A stretch of 64,000 nucleotides of DNA from positions 1 through 64,000 of the forward strand of contig JAAILG010000371.1 of the NCBI GenBank assembly GCA_012026655.1. Direction: 5' to 3'. Position numbers and translations under genes: made by a program. Source of the stretch: Hydrolagus affinis. Taxonomy: Eukaryota. This document shows positions 40,623 to 52,222 of this stretch, piece after piece (position 1 is the first letter of the stretch; each line of letters opens with the position of its first letter). Below the pieces are notes generated by a model that saw nothing but the letters and a program-made list of their open reading frames with translations, searched no databases and was not told the origin of the DNA.

Positions 40623-41080
40623 CAACAACAACAACAACAATAAATTACACTTATAAAGCGCCTTTCACGTCGGGAGGACGTCCCAAGGCGCTGCACAGGT
40701 GGCGTGTGACCTGAGCTGGGAGGGGAGTGTACGGGAAGGGGTGAAACACGTAGGGGAGGTTGAAAAATTCCGGGGGGAACAAAAGGCACGGTCGAAGAGG
40801 AAAGTCTTCAAACCGGCCTTGAAAGAGGANNNNNNNNNNNNNNNNNNNNNNNNNNNNNNNNNNNNNNNNNNNNNNNNNNNNNNNNNNNNNNNNNNNNNNN
40901 NNNNNNNNNNNNNNNNNNNNNNNNNNNNNTGGAGACGGGCGAGGGTGGGGGTTATATGGTCGCGGAGGCGGGTGCGGGATAATACACGGGCTGCAGAGTT
41001 TTGGATGACCTGCAGCCTGTGAATGGAGGAACTGGGGAGGCCGACGAGGAGAGAGTTTCCGAAGTCCAGCCTTGAGGTAA
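40623..41080 (-). mobile_element. Young, CpG-rich L2 3' portion spanning an assembly gap (N 40830-40929)
   Basis: L2 tail and ORF2 end lie in the same orientation on both sides of the gap. Confidence 0.85.
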
Positions 41081-41134
41081 TGTAAGCGTAATCTGTTGTT
41101 GTTCATGGCTGATTACATGCTGATTACATGATTA

Positions 41135-41556
41135 CATGCTGATCACAGCAGAGATAGCCTGGCCCATTGGCAGGACTTGGAAGACCAGTCAATGGTGCAG
41201 GGAATCATTCTACTTAGCTCCTGTTAACCTAGCAAGTCAAAGCCCTAACGGGCAGGGTGGTCCTAGCTGTACAAGCAGCAGGAAAGCTTGCCAGACAATG
41301 GCATCAATGGCAAGCTATGTGGTTTTGCTGGTTAGAATCAAGCAGTACTTCAATGTACACCCTGGGATCCCCAAACCTTGGTACTTGCCAACCTGCACCT
41401 AATACTTTCCAGAATTAGGGAAGCGGGATGTAAACCATTCCAATAATATGGAATTTCCATGTGTAGGTGGGTTGCGTGGAATTCTCAGTTTGGTTTGGGT
41501 ACTCTTTCGAATGGTGATGGGTTTCTGCATGTGTCAGGCACACAGCTGACCCCCAA
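41135..41556 (+). mobile_element. 3' UTR of the CCHC-knuckle LINE family with terminal stem-loop
   Basis: Homologous to 46080-46605; ends tttctgcatgtGTCAGgcacacagCTGACccccaaaaa. Confidence 0.75.
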
Positions 41557-43049
41557 AAATCTGTGGTTTAAAATATCAAGAATGCAATTGTAACATTTCA
41601 TTGAAATCTGAATATGTTCTCATGTCACTTCGACAAAACCTAGGATATATTTAAAAAAATCTACTTTGAAGTGAAATTCATAATATTTTTCAAATATTGA
41701 GAAGCATTAAAGAAAAAAGTTGGAAACAATTTTGGTAAATGGATATTTCATCTTCACATTTTGATTAAGACAAGTCTTATAAATAGGAATTATTGAGCAG
41801 TAATATGAATATGAAATATTAAAACAATTACTAGAATTCAGAATGAAAAATTACAACTGTTCATTTCTTTCCATTTGAATTACAAATGAGCTCCCTCTTG
41901 ACCTTCTATGTACAATTCTCTCAAATGAATTCTGGCATGATAATAGAAGTCAGGTTAAAATGTGAAGTCAGTACACTCAATGTCAAAATAATTATAATAT
42001 CCTAAAAGTAAAAACTTAGTAAACTATTACAACAACATTACTTTTGACAAGTAAAACACAAGCAGAAACATGCAGTGAATTATGTCACAAGACCCCAACT
42101 CAATTGAGGGGCTCAAGATCAAGTTATAAACACCAAGAGTAAAGTTACAAAACATCAGTAAAGCAGCCAAGATTGAATTGCAATACCACCGTATAACTTC
42201 TTGCATTATTTTGTACAATATATGCAAGCTACACTTCAGTCCATATAGTTCCTAAGTTGTGAATGTCAGTGATAAGCTGTATTGCTAGGACATTTTAAAA
42301 AAAACATACATTTAATGGAGATATGCACAAAATAATAAACATTTGCGGTCTTTATAGGACACTGTTCTACAGCTTTTTTCAACAGTGGCTTATGAGGCAA
42401 CTACGTCATTGATACAGATTATATACAGAACAGATAGTTGGCAGTGAGTTTCAAGTCTGTAATTCAAGAGTGCTTCTGATGAAGTCATGAGTAGACACAG
42501 CAACACTCAAATCTTGGATGAACATTTAACTAAAACCCCCCCAAAAAAAAAAGTTAACCGTAAAAGTGATAGCAGCAGTTTGAAAATACAAACAATGTGA
42601 ACTCCATTTTCGAAATCATAACGTATCTGGCTTCCTACTCGTCATCTCGACAAACATTGCGAGTTCTACATAAAAAATTTAAAATGGTATATTGCCTGGG
42701 GTGCCATTGCACACACGAAGGAACAGTACAATAGGATTAAAACCATGCGTTTCAGATAACAAAAAAGACACTAGTCCAACAACAATGTTCAGAGCTAAAC
42801 TCGCCCGGCTTTTAATCATTGCATTTTTTTTAAAAAAAGAGAAAACTTTTAGAGTGTAGTAAAGTAAGTTCCAGAACAGCTGTGGCCACATCTGCCTCTG
42901 GTAGATTTCAGTAACTTGAGCTTGCAATTGCAGCTGTTGTCACTTCATCGCATGACAGTACACTGCAAACGTTAAAATAAATACCACGCACCAAAACAAA
43001 ATGCTGAGCTGAATAAAGTTTAGCTCTGGATATTTCAGCTGCGATGGGA

Positions 43050-43990
43050 TTTTTGCGCGCGTGTGTGTGTGTGTCACCTGGAACGCGGGGTCAGACAAAA
43101 GTCACTGTGCAAAGAAAAAAAAACTGGCAGAACCGACTTTTAAACACGTTAACCACAAGCCTGTGGAGGGGCTCAGAACAGAGAGGATTGAGCTGCTGGA
43201 GACACTCACCGACATAGTGGATGTTGAGCGCCAGGTACTTGTACTGAAAGAGCAGGTTGTTGTTACTCCGGGCCTGGATCTGCTGGAAGAACGAGCTCAC
43301 GTCCCATCGGTACAACATCTCCAGCACCATAATGCTGGGCACCCGCAAGGCCACGTTCAGCACCGCCACCAGCTTCTCCTGCACCCCGCTCATAACGTCC
43401 CTGAGACCGGCCATGGGTGTGAGGTGAGGCCCCCGGGGAGGAGGCGGTGGGGTGGGGGCCTCTCCTCTCCTCGCGGCTTGAGGGAGGGAGGGGGGGGGTG
43501 GGGGGGGACGGTGGACGAGCGAGCGGGAAAGAAAACCTCTTAAAAAGACCGTTTGTTTGCACACTAAGGGAACGGGCCGCGTTTCTCACAAGACATAGTC
43601 CACCCCCGCTCCCCGACACACTCTCCCTATCGCTGGGCTCCCACTCCCCGCTCTGACGTTCCTCTCTCTCTCTGAGGAGCCTCCGAGTGCCTTCAGACCG
43701 CCGCCATTGCTCCGCGCGGCTCACAAAACACTGCGCAAGCGCGGGGGGGGGGGGGGAAAGGCGTCCAGGAATGGGGAGCCACTGCGCATGCGGGGAATCC
43801 AGGACCATCAGCAACCCTGCAACAATGTGTCTCAATGGGGGAGGGGGGGGGTCACGTCAAATTCAGGGGGTTTCACGCCTAATGGGGGGAGGGTGGGTTC
43901 ACACCCAATTGTGAGGGTTATGCCCAATGGGTGGGGGGGCTTGACACCCAATTCAGGGAGAGGGCGGGGGTTCATGTCCAATTTAACCTA
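43050..43990 (-). promoter_or_regulatory. RNF145: CpG island / promoter and 5' UTR of RNF145
   Basis: GC- and CpG-rich against a CpG-depleted background. NRF1-type TGCGCATGCG at 43783-43792 and CTGCGCAAGCGC at 43731-43742; YY1-type CCGCCATTG near 43701; CRE-like GTCACGTCA at 43851; four CCAAT at 43905, 43924, 43948, 43978. Confidence 0.8.
43210..43414 (-). CDS. RNF145: First coding exon of RING finger protein 145 (ER-membrane sterol-responsive E3 ubiquitin ligase, N-terminal TRC8-like region); partial gene
   Basis: Translates MAGLRDVMSGVQEKLVAVLNVALRVPSIMVLEMLYRWDVSSFFQQIQARSNNNLLFQYKYLALNIHYV+G, closely matching the recalled vertebrate RNF145 N-terminus (KEKLEAVLNVALRVPSIMLLDVLYRWDVSSFFQQIQ...FQYKYLALNMHYVG). 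205 bp = 68 codons + 1, ending at canonical donor G|gtgagt. Second in-frame ATG at 43393. Confidence 0.93.
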
Positions 43991-44224
43991 CAAAACTTTT
44001 TTACTTAGATTTTCTTGACATGGTTTCAGAAGTCAACCTAAACTGATGACTCTGCTGTTCATAGGAGGCAATTTTCGGCTACTTTTATGCAAGTAATTGA
44101 TTGACTTTGGGCTACAAATGTGTTTTTAATTTCCGGCATCTCTGGCTGCCATTGCCCCCAACAAGCACAGACCTGCCACTCAAACCTCACACTGGTGCTC
44201 ACTGCACTAAGGATGGAAAAACTC

Positions 44225-44670
44225 CAGTGCAGTACTGAAGATCCCACTAGCTCCCCATCTCGCACAGGATAGAATTCAAACTTCATGTCCTCACTTTCAA
44301 TACCCTCCATGGCCTTGCCCCCTCCTCCCTCTCTGACCTGCTTATCAACCTGTCCACTCCTACTGTTCAGCAGGTTCCTGACTGCTCCATGTCTCCCACC
44401 CAACCTGCCCTACCATCAGTGGCTGGGCTTTCAGCCTCTCTGCCCCCAACCTTTGGAACTCCATCTCATAGTCCCTTCGCTTTGCTCCTTCAAGGCCAGT
44501 CTTAAGACCCACCTTTTCGACCGTGCCTTCAGCCCTCCTACCTCTTTTCCCTCCCTCATCCTAACCCTGCCCCTCCATCCTGCATGCTCAGGTTCCTAAC
44601 CCTGACTGTTCAGCGCCTTGGGACGTCCTTCCAACATGAAAGGTACTCCACAAATGTAATTTTTGTTGGT
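44225..44670 (+). mobile_element. L2 3' end
   Basis: SFKASLKTHLFDRAF followed by tail gcgccttgggacgtcc...atgtaatttttgttgg. Confidence 0.85.
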
Positions 44671-44889
44671 TGGGGGAGCCATCCTTTGCATGAGATAAAA
44701 TTGAGGTCCCATCTGCCTCTTCGGAATGATGTTAAAACTGCCGTAACTCTATTTGAAAAGAGAAGAGAGTTTCCCCAGCAATTAGGGTTAGGCCGTTGGC
44801 TCACTTCAGCATAGACATTGTCTTGAAGGACTGCGCTGAGAAAAGGTGAAGGGCACACTGGTCATGCTCATCACTCTTCAAGGACAGCA

Positions 44890-46605
44890 AGGCTCCAATG
44901 CCGGTCAAGCTTGTGGCATACATGTCCTGTGTGCAAACAGTCGTCCTTTATGGACCTGAGCTCCTGGGGATGCAGTGGAGAAGTTTCTTCCGACCTATCT
45001 GCAAAATCCAGGATCAGGCAATAAGGTGGATTTGTGGTAAACACGGAAACAACAACAAAATTACATTTTTAGTGCGCCTTTCATGTCGGGAGGACATCCC
45101 AAGGATGACCACGGGAGGCTCTGGCTTAATAAGTAATTTATTTAATTTATTATCAAATAAATAATAATTGATCAATAAACAAGAATTTATTAATTTATTT
45201 TATTCAATAAATAATTTATTTAATTTATTAATAAATTATAAATAATTATGAATAGTTAAATAATAATAATGAGATAAAATTGAGGTCCCATCTGCCTCGT
45301 TGGAATGATGTTAAAACTGTCGTAACTCTACTTGAGAAGAGAGTTTCCCCAGCAATTAGGAGCTCATGGCTCATTGGACACCAACTTCAGCATAGACAGC
45401 ATAGACATTGTCTTGAAGGACCACAATAATAATAATAATTTATTATTTAACTGTTGCTAAGCACCCTAGAGGCAGGCAGATTCACAGTATCTGTTTGCCA
45501 AAGTCCCTAGCTTGAGGATCAGGATTGAGTACCTGATGCTGAGGAAGTTTGGTCTATGGCAGTGAACGTGGACCTCAAGAACTTCAAGGTGGCTGGCACA
45601 TCCCAATCTATCCGGTAAAGATCCTTACACCACTTTGAAGGCAGATGCCCTGCCAGATAGTTGATGAGAAAACTTATTATTAATATTATATAGAACTTGC
45701 GTATCTTGGGGCAACAGCCGCTGGAAAGCATTACTTGGAGTCTGAGTTTGTGAACATATGTTTGTACATCCAAAGTTTGGAATTCACCTTGATTGGCCTG
45801 CAGAGAGCAAGTGCTGCTGCTTAAACTCCGCACCTCCAACTGGTGGAACCATCACCCTATGAGAAGGGATGTGTGCCCAAGCTGCGGACAGATGATGGCA
45901 ATGCTCTCATACATTTCATGCTGAGATGTGATGCCTACTGGGAAGCTTGCAGGGAGTTCCTTGTACCTTCCATCCATCTAGTGAGGCTCAAATCTATGAT
46001 TGTTGGATGTCGAAAGACCAACTAGTGACTACCCTCCTTAGGAGAGGAGACCATGGAGCTCAAGAAGATCTTGGAGCTGAACTGGCTGCCAGTTGACATG
46101 CTTGCCAATGAAATGTCAGAATCGAACCAGCCCTCTGAGGCTCAGTAATCCAGTTAGTGAGCCAGGCAAATCCGCAGTATTCCAGGTCACTGCTGATGTC
46201 AGCACAGCCAGCCTGGCTCATTGGCAGGACCCGGAAGGGAGTTCACTTGAGGCAATGAGTCATCTCACTGAGCTCCTGTTAACTCTGCACATCAAAGCCT
46301 GAAAGTGTGAAGAGGTCTCAGCTGGACAAGTAGTGGGAAAGTTTGCCAGACAACAATATCAATGGCAAGCTATGCAGTATTAGCTGGTTAGATTCCAGCA
46401 GTACCCCAACGCACAAGCCTAGGCTCTTGCCGACCTGTGCATAATACTTTCTGGAATTAGGTAAGCAGGATGCGCCCCACCGGGGAGAGAGTGCGGACTC
46501 CATTCCAAGAATCTATATCTGGGATTTCCATGTGTGGATGGGATGCATGGATATCTCAGCTTGGTTTGGGTACTCTTTAGCACGGTGATGGGTTTCCACA
46601 CATGA
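44890..46605 (+). mobile_element. Degraded non-LTR retrotransposon: RT C-terminus, CCHC knuckle and long 3' UTR
   Basis: KLVAYMSCVQTVVLYGPEL...ICKIQDQAIRWICG (RT thumb-like); VCPSCGQ plus frameshifted HFMLRCDAY near 45870-45940; 3' part matches dispersed copies. Confidence 0.65.
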
Positions 46606-47514
46606 CTGTTTGTAGGACATTAATGTGAACCACCGACTGCTTTATTTGAAACTCATTGAGTCGTTTTGATGATGCAATAAAACACTATATCAAATTCAAG
46701 GATTATTTCGTTAATTTGAGGGAGAAGCTTGATGTGTCACTCAACCACATGGCACACGGAATCAGTGCGATGATGCATCACGGTATGATCTAGTACATTA
46801 CGGTGAGATCACATGGAACCCGATTTCTGGAAAGAGAAATTAATATGATTCTTTAATGGGTAGTTAGCTTAGCAGATGGTAGTTGGGACATAACAATTAT
46901 TACTATGAGCATGAAAGGGAAAGGAAATTAGGAAGATGTTTTCTTCCTGAAGGTTATTGAAATATTAAAATCTGGAATGATTTGCCAAGCGTGAATGCGG
47001 GAGCCGGTTGAGAGAGTTGAAGTGTGTGAAAGAGAATTTGATCAGCACATGTGAAGGAAAGGTAGAAAGGGTTTGGAGAAAGAGCAGGGAATTGCCATTA
47101 GGATAGGTGGCTTCACTGGTGGAGTACCCAGGGTCAATGACCTCCTATTATACTGTTGTTTTTTATGGTTCTGTGGAATTCAATGCTCCTGATATTTAAA
47201 GTTTTACATTATTGGGACATTAAAGCTAAATATGTGACATTTTAGATATTATTTAGTCTGGATATCTGCAGGTATGCAGATTGAAAAACTGTGAACAAAT
47301 TGAGGAGGAGATACTTTGAGGAGGTTGGAAGAAGTGTATCAAAAGTCTTCTATCTGATCTTGAAACAGATTGTAAATTGAACCACTTTCTTGTCTCTGAA
47401 TGCTGATCGTGTCCACTGGCTAGCTCCCAAACCAACAGTTTACTAAAGTAAATACTGGTTTTATGTCCAGTCAATTACACCACATGCTGTAATTACTAAG
47501 AGAAACATACTATT

Positions 47515-47980
47515 GAACTCATTTCCTAGGAACCTGGGCATCTTATTCGATCCCCAACCATCCTTTCTCCCCTATATCCATGCCATGACCTACAGTGCTT
47601 TCCCTCCACCTCCGCAACATTGCCCAACCCTACCACTGCCTCACCTCTCAGGCCCCAAAATCATCATATGCACATTCGTCATCTCAAGGCATGACTATGG
47701 AAACTCCCTCCTTATCAGCCTCCCCAACTCTTTCCCTCCACAAGCTGCAGATCATCCAGAAATCTGCAGCTCGCTCCAGGCTCCGTAACCCCATCATTAC
47801 CATCCATGCCCACCTCGGGACACTGCCTCACTAGAGTTCAAAATCCTCATCCGCCTGCTCCATGTTTCTCGCCCAATCCACCATACCCCCAGCAGTCGGG
47901 CTTTCAGCCTCACTGCTGTCAACCTTTGGAACTCCGTCAAGACCTGACTCAAGACCCTCCTTTTCAACTGTGCCTTCAGC
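47515..47980 (+). mobile_element. Degraded L2 ORF2 fragment
   Basis: RNLGILFDPQ...FVISRHDYGNSLL and LQIIQKSAA. Confidence 0.8.
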
Positions 47981-48147
47981 TATCTGCGCTCTTGAAAGAT
48001 TAATAATACCCTCGTCACAATCTGTTTGTCAGCGAGTTCTTCGGACTCAACTGAATGCTGCCTTGGGAAGGTAAAAGCTTGGCAGCAGATGCACCTGTAC
48101 CATTACTCTGGTGATCTTATGTAACTGTCCACCTGTACAGTAAGAAT

Positions 48148-48792
48148 GAATAATAATCCTTGCTTTTGATATAGCACTTTTTGCGTCTTCGAGATTTGTC
48201 ACAGCATTTGACAGATTACGATAAAGTGAATTGATTGTATATTTGTGGGCGAATCGCAACAGCCAGGTGTGCATAGCAGTGTCCCACAAACAGTCGTGGA
48301 TTGAATGACCAAATTAAAAAATAAAAAATTCTTGATGGATTATTATCAGGTGTGTGGAGTAAGGAAACTTGCCCACAGTTTCACCCTACCTGGAATCGAA
48401 CCCAGGTCTCTCGCTTTCGAAATGAGCACTCTAACCATTGAGCTACAGATTCTATATAGCAATGCAGCAATGTGGTTTTCATATAGTGATCTTGAGCAAA
48501 TAATAATAATAATCCTTGCATTTGATATAGTGCTTTTTACGTCTTTGAGACATCTCAAAGTGCTTCACAGAATATACTGTTAAGTGAATTGACTGTATAT
48601 TTGTGGGCGAAACATGGCAGCCAATCGTGCATAGCAGTGTTCCACGAACAGTCATGAATTGAAGTGACCAATTTATTATTTTTTTCTTGAGGAATTATTA
48701 TCAGATTTGGAGTAAGGAAACTTGCCCAAGGTTTTGCCCCAGTTCTCTCACTTGTGAGGCGAGTGCCCTAACCACTGAGCTGTAGAATTCCA
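48148..48792 (-). mobile_element. Two head-to-tail tRNA-derived SINE copies
   Basis: Copies at about 48148-48452 and 48498-48792, each with A/B-box head, central domain and (ATT)n tail. Confidence 0.9.
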
Positions 48793-50769
48793 CACTGAAA
48801 AACACGTTTTTGTGACTCTGTTGCCCCTGTGTAGAATTTGCTCAATAGTGTTAGCAGAAGGTCAAGTTATAACCTTCCCATGAGACCCTGCTCTCACCAT
48901 ATCTCAGTGAGCACATTGATGAAGAAAAGGTAAATGGTACAGATTACAGTTTAAAACAGAACAAAACAAGGGCCATACTTGTTCACTATTCACCACTATT
49001 CAATCCTAACCTCTTTGCTGCCTTGAACGAAATCCCCTTACCCGTGACTCTCAGCAGCACAGAAACATTTTGTCTTATGTACATCTCAGTCTGTGTCTAC
49101 TTCTATTTCCTCCAATAATATTCTATAACAGATCCCTATCCAGTTCTTGTTTGAAGGAGTTGCTTTGCTGGAAGTTTGGTCCACATATCAACCAGGCGGT
49201 GAAATAAATGATTTCTTCTCATTCCCAGTCCCTTAGAGGCTTTAATCTTCAAACTACATACTGTACACCACAAACACACTTGGAGAGATAGCCCACTTGG
49301 AAAAAAGATTTGTTTTAAAAACCGCAATAAGCATTCTTTTTAAATGTATGTGAAACTGGCAAGAAGATCGAGAAGGATTTAACTCCACAGCAAGCCCAAA
49401 AGGGTCACTGTTGTGGTTTTGTCTAAAGTGATCAGAATGGGTTGGATGTAGGTATTGGCGTGCTTTATCATGGATGCAAAATTTATATAAGGTAAGGCTC
49501 AATGCAAATTGGATAATAAGCAAATTTCTGACAAAATTTAGCACAGGGACATTGCAGGAAATATAGAAAACTTTCAATAAAAATTGGAAAGAGAAGTTGA
49601 CTTGATATGAAACCAAAACTGCATTCATGAGCAAAGTAAAAAGTACTGTACAGGAAGATGCCAATTTTAGATAGAAAATAAGGGGAAAATAATTAGAGGG
49701 GGCAGAAGAAATATTGAAGATCTGAACAGGAAAGGAAGCACTACAGTTTTGAAGAAGGAAGGAGAGAAAGAGTCCATTGAAGCAATCCAGTATGGAATAT
49801 GCTCTTATCGTGGCATTTTTTTTAAAAACCTATCATGTTGTTTCTAAAATCCCCAACAGCTCCTAGGAATTCCCCAGTTGTAATTTCAAAATTCCCATAT
49901 TAATAATCAAGTTAATGGCGATTTCATCGGCAGTCGGCAAGCCGTTACAATTTAGGCAGAGATGTATATCTGTAGAGCCCTCATCAAATGCATGAAGCAT
50001 TGCATTGCATTGCGGCATCTGTAGATATCTGTAGATATCTGCTTTTAGTGTTTCCGGATGTGGGATAAAGTTGCCTCTTTGAGTTCAGTCCCACCAGTGA
50101 CAATTCCTTAAAAAATGCCTAGGTTCCTAGGACTTCCAAGCTGCTTCTACAGGCCTGTCCTGTAAGATGATTAGAGTGCCCCATCTGGTGGCACAGAAAG
50201 TTCACCCAAAACATCGCAAATTATATATAAACTTTAAATTTGTGTCTGTCTCACTGGGGAGCCATCTCCACAATCCTTCCACTCTTATTGTTTTATGTCA
50301 CATAACTGAGCTTCAGAAGATTTTAAAAAATACCTTGAAGATGTAACCTATTTTAGACATGATTACCACATCCAGTAACATTCTAACTCACCACCACCAC
50401 ACACAACAAATAGAATAACTTTAAAAGTTTGGAACTGTGACATCAGATAGAAGACACAATCAGTTTTTTGGCACAGACTATTTAACTACTGACAATCTTT
50501 CAAAAATAGGTGGGACCTCAAAATGGTCTGTGAATTATTGAGTTATCATGATTTGCCCATGCAAGTATTCATAGAATGTAAAGCAGATTAAGAAGCCTGT
50601 GAGTCAATTTAGGAGTTTCACGGTAACCTTCACCAACATCTACTAGAGGTTGCTCTGCTGTGAAACAGTGGAGTTTAGCGAAGTGATAGGAACATGAAGA
50701 TTACAACAATAATAATAATCCTTGCATTTGATATAGCGCTTTTCACATCAACATCTCAAAGCGTACAAC

Positions 50770-51300
50770 AAGAATAACAACTTGCACTTATATATCGCCC
50801 TCTACACAGGGTGGCATCTTAGAGTGCTAAACAGTCAGGCGATGCCTGACTTCAAGCTGGGAGGAGGTGAACGTAAGCATTATCGAAAAGGAAGGTTTTC
50901 AGATGGGACTTGAAAATGGGGGGAGAGGGGGAAAGGCGGAGGGATTGAGGGGGAGTGTTCTAGAGTTTAGGGAAAAAGTGACTGAATTTGCAACCACCAA
51001 TGGGGTAGTGGAGGGTGTGAGAGATGAACAGAAGTCTGGTACCAGTTGAGTGAAGGTGGTGGAATGGGGATTGAGGAGGTCAGAGAGGTAGGGAGCTACC
51101 AGGGAGTGAAGAAAATTCAACACGAGTATGAGGATCTTGAAGTTGATCCATTCGGTGATGGGGAGCCAGTAAAGCCTGGCCAGAACTGGTGAGATGGGGG
51201 TACAGAGTTTGGTCTGGGTAAATATACGGGCAGCAGCATTCTGAATGAGCTGAATTTTTTGAATAGTGGAGCTGGGGAAACCGGCAAGTGGTGCGTTTGA
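50770..51300 (-). mobile_element. L2 ORF2 3' fragment
   Basis: IQLIQNAAARIFT...ISPVLARLYWLPITEWINFKILILV...APYLSDLL. Confidence 0.9.
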
Positions 51301-51471
51301 GATTAGCGACAGAAGAATGAGCTGGAGTTTGTGCATGATAGAGCTGGCGGAGATCAGCAATGATATTCTGGAGGTAACAAAGGGATATACATACTGTATA
51401 AGGGTTTTAGATACATTAGCCTTGTGATAAGGATGGAGTAATGTAATGTAGCAAAGATGAAGAAAAGTAAA

Positions 51472-51763
51472 CAAAACACAAAATACTACAGAGGCTGGGA
51501 ATCTGAATCAAAAACAAAAGTTGCTGGGGAAACTCAGCAGGTCAAGCAGCATCCATGGAGAAAGGAAAAAGAGTCAACGTTTCTGGTCTGCAACCCTTTG
51601 TCAGAACTGGGGCTTGTTTGGAGGGAGAGGTTTTTAAAGACGTTAAAAACAAACAAGCCCCATTTCTGACGAAGGGTTGTAGACCCGAAACGTTGACTCT
51701 TTTTCCTTTCTCCATGGATGCTGCCTGACCTGCTGAGTTTCCCCAGCAACTTTTGTTTCTGAT
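51472..51763. mobile_element. Penelope-type inverted-repeat element with hammerhead-like cores
   Basis: About 115-bp inverted arms around a short spacer; right arm contains CTGACGA-A-GGGT-tgtag-ACCC-GAAA-CGTT at 51666-51694. Confidence 0.8.
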
Positions 51764-51918
51764 GAAGACAAGTAAACTTGACCACAATTTAGATGTCAGA
51801 AGGGAAACAGCTGAGAGTTGAATAGATGAAAGGTAAATATGAGCCCATGGTGATCTCTGATCTCTGAAAACGCAGCAGCCAATTGTGCTAATTATAGTGT
51901 TTAAGTAATCACACCGTA

Positions 51919-52222
51919 GTGGAGTCCTGCAGCTCAGTGGTTAGAGCACTCATCTTGCAAGCAAGAGACCTGGATTGGCTTCCCGGCAAGGTGAAACCTT
52001 GGGCAAGTTTCCTTACTCCACGCCAAATAATAATCCCTCAAGAAAAAATAATAAATTTGTCACTACCACCCACAACTGTTTGTGGGACACTGTTGTGTGC
52101 AATTAGCTGCCGTGTTTTGTCCACAAACATACAGTCAATTTACTTTAAAGTATATTCTGAGAAATGCTTTGAGACGGCTAGAATACGTGAAAAGCACTAT
52201 ATCAAATGCAAGGATTATTATT
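51919..52222 (+). mobile_element. Full-length tRNA-derived SINE with (ATT)n tail
   Basis: ggagtcctgcagctcagtggttagagcactc head, tgtgggacactgttgtgtgcaattagctgccg core, gcactatatcaaatgcaaggattattatt tail. Confidence 0.9.

Noticed and set aside
42027-42227. Hydrophobic ORF just downstream of the RNF145 exon
   Set aside because: Does not match the expected YILSVVLLTLPRQHL...GHQISR exon; T-rich composition explains it.
43061-44018. Long GC-rich ORFs (160, 190 and 103 aa) overlapping the RNF145 island
   Set aside because: Stop-codon scarcity in CpG-island DNA; low-complexity products; only the RNF145 frame has recognisable homology.
43780-44060. LXR DR4 element expected from mammalian RNF145 regulation
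   Set aside because: Only isolated half-sites (GGGTCA, GGGTTA); no convincing DR4 by eye.
50899-51474. 191-aa ORF, the longest in the window
   Set aside because: Decayed L2 ORF2 fragment, not a host gene.
51919-51995. tRNA-like sequence (also at about 23060, 48380 and 61800)
   Set aside because: SINE heads continuous with SINE body and tail; degenerate, not tRNA genes.
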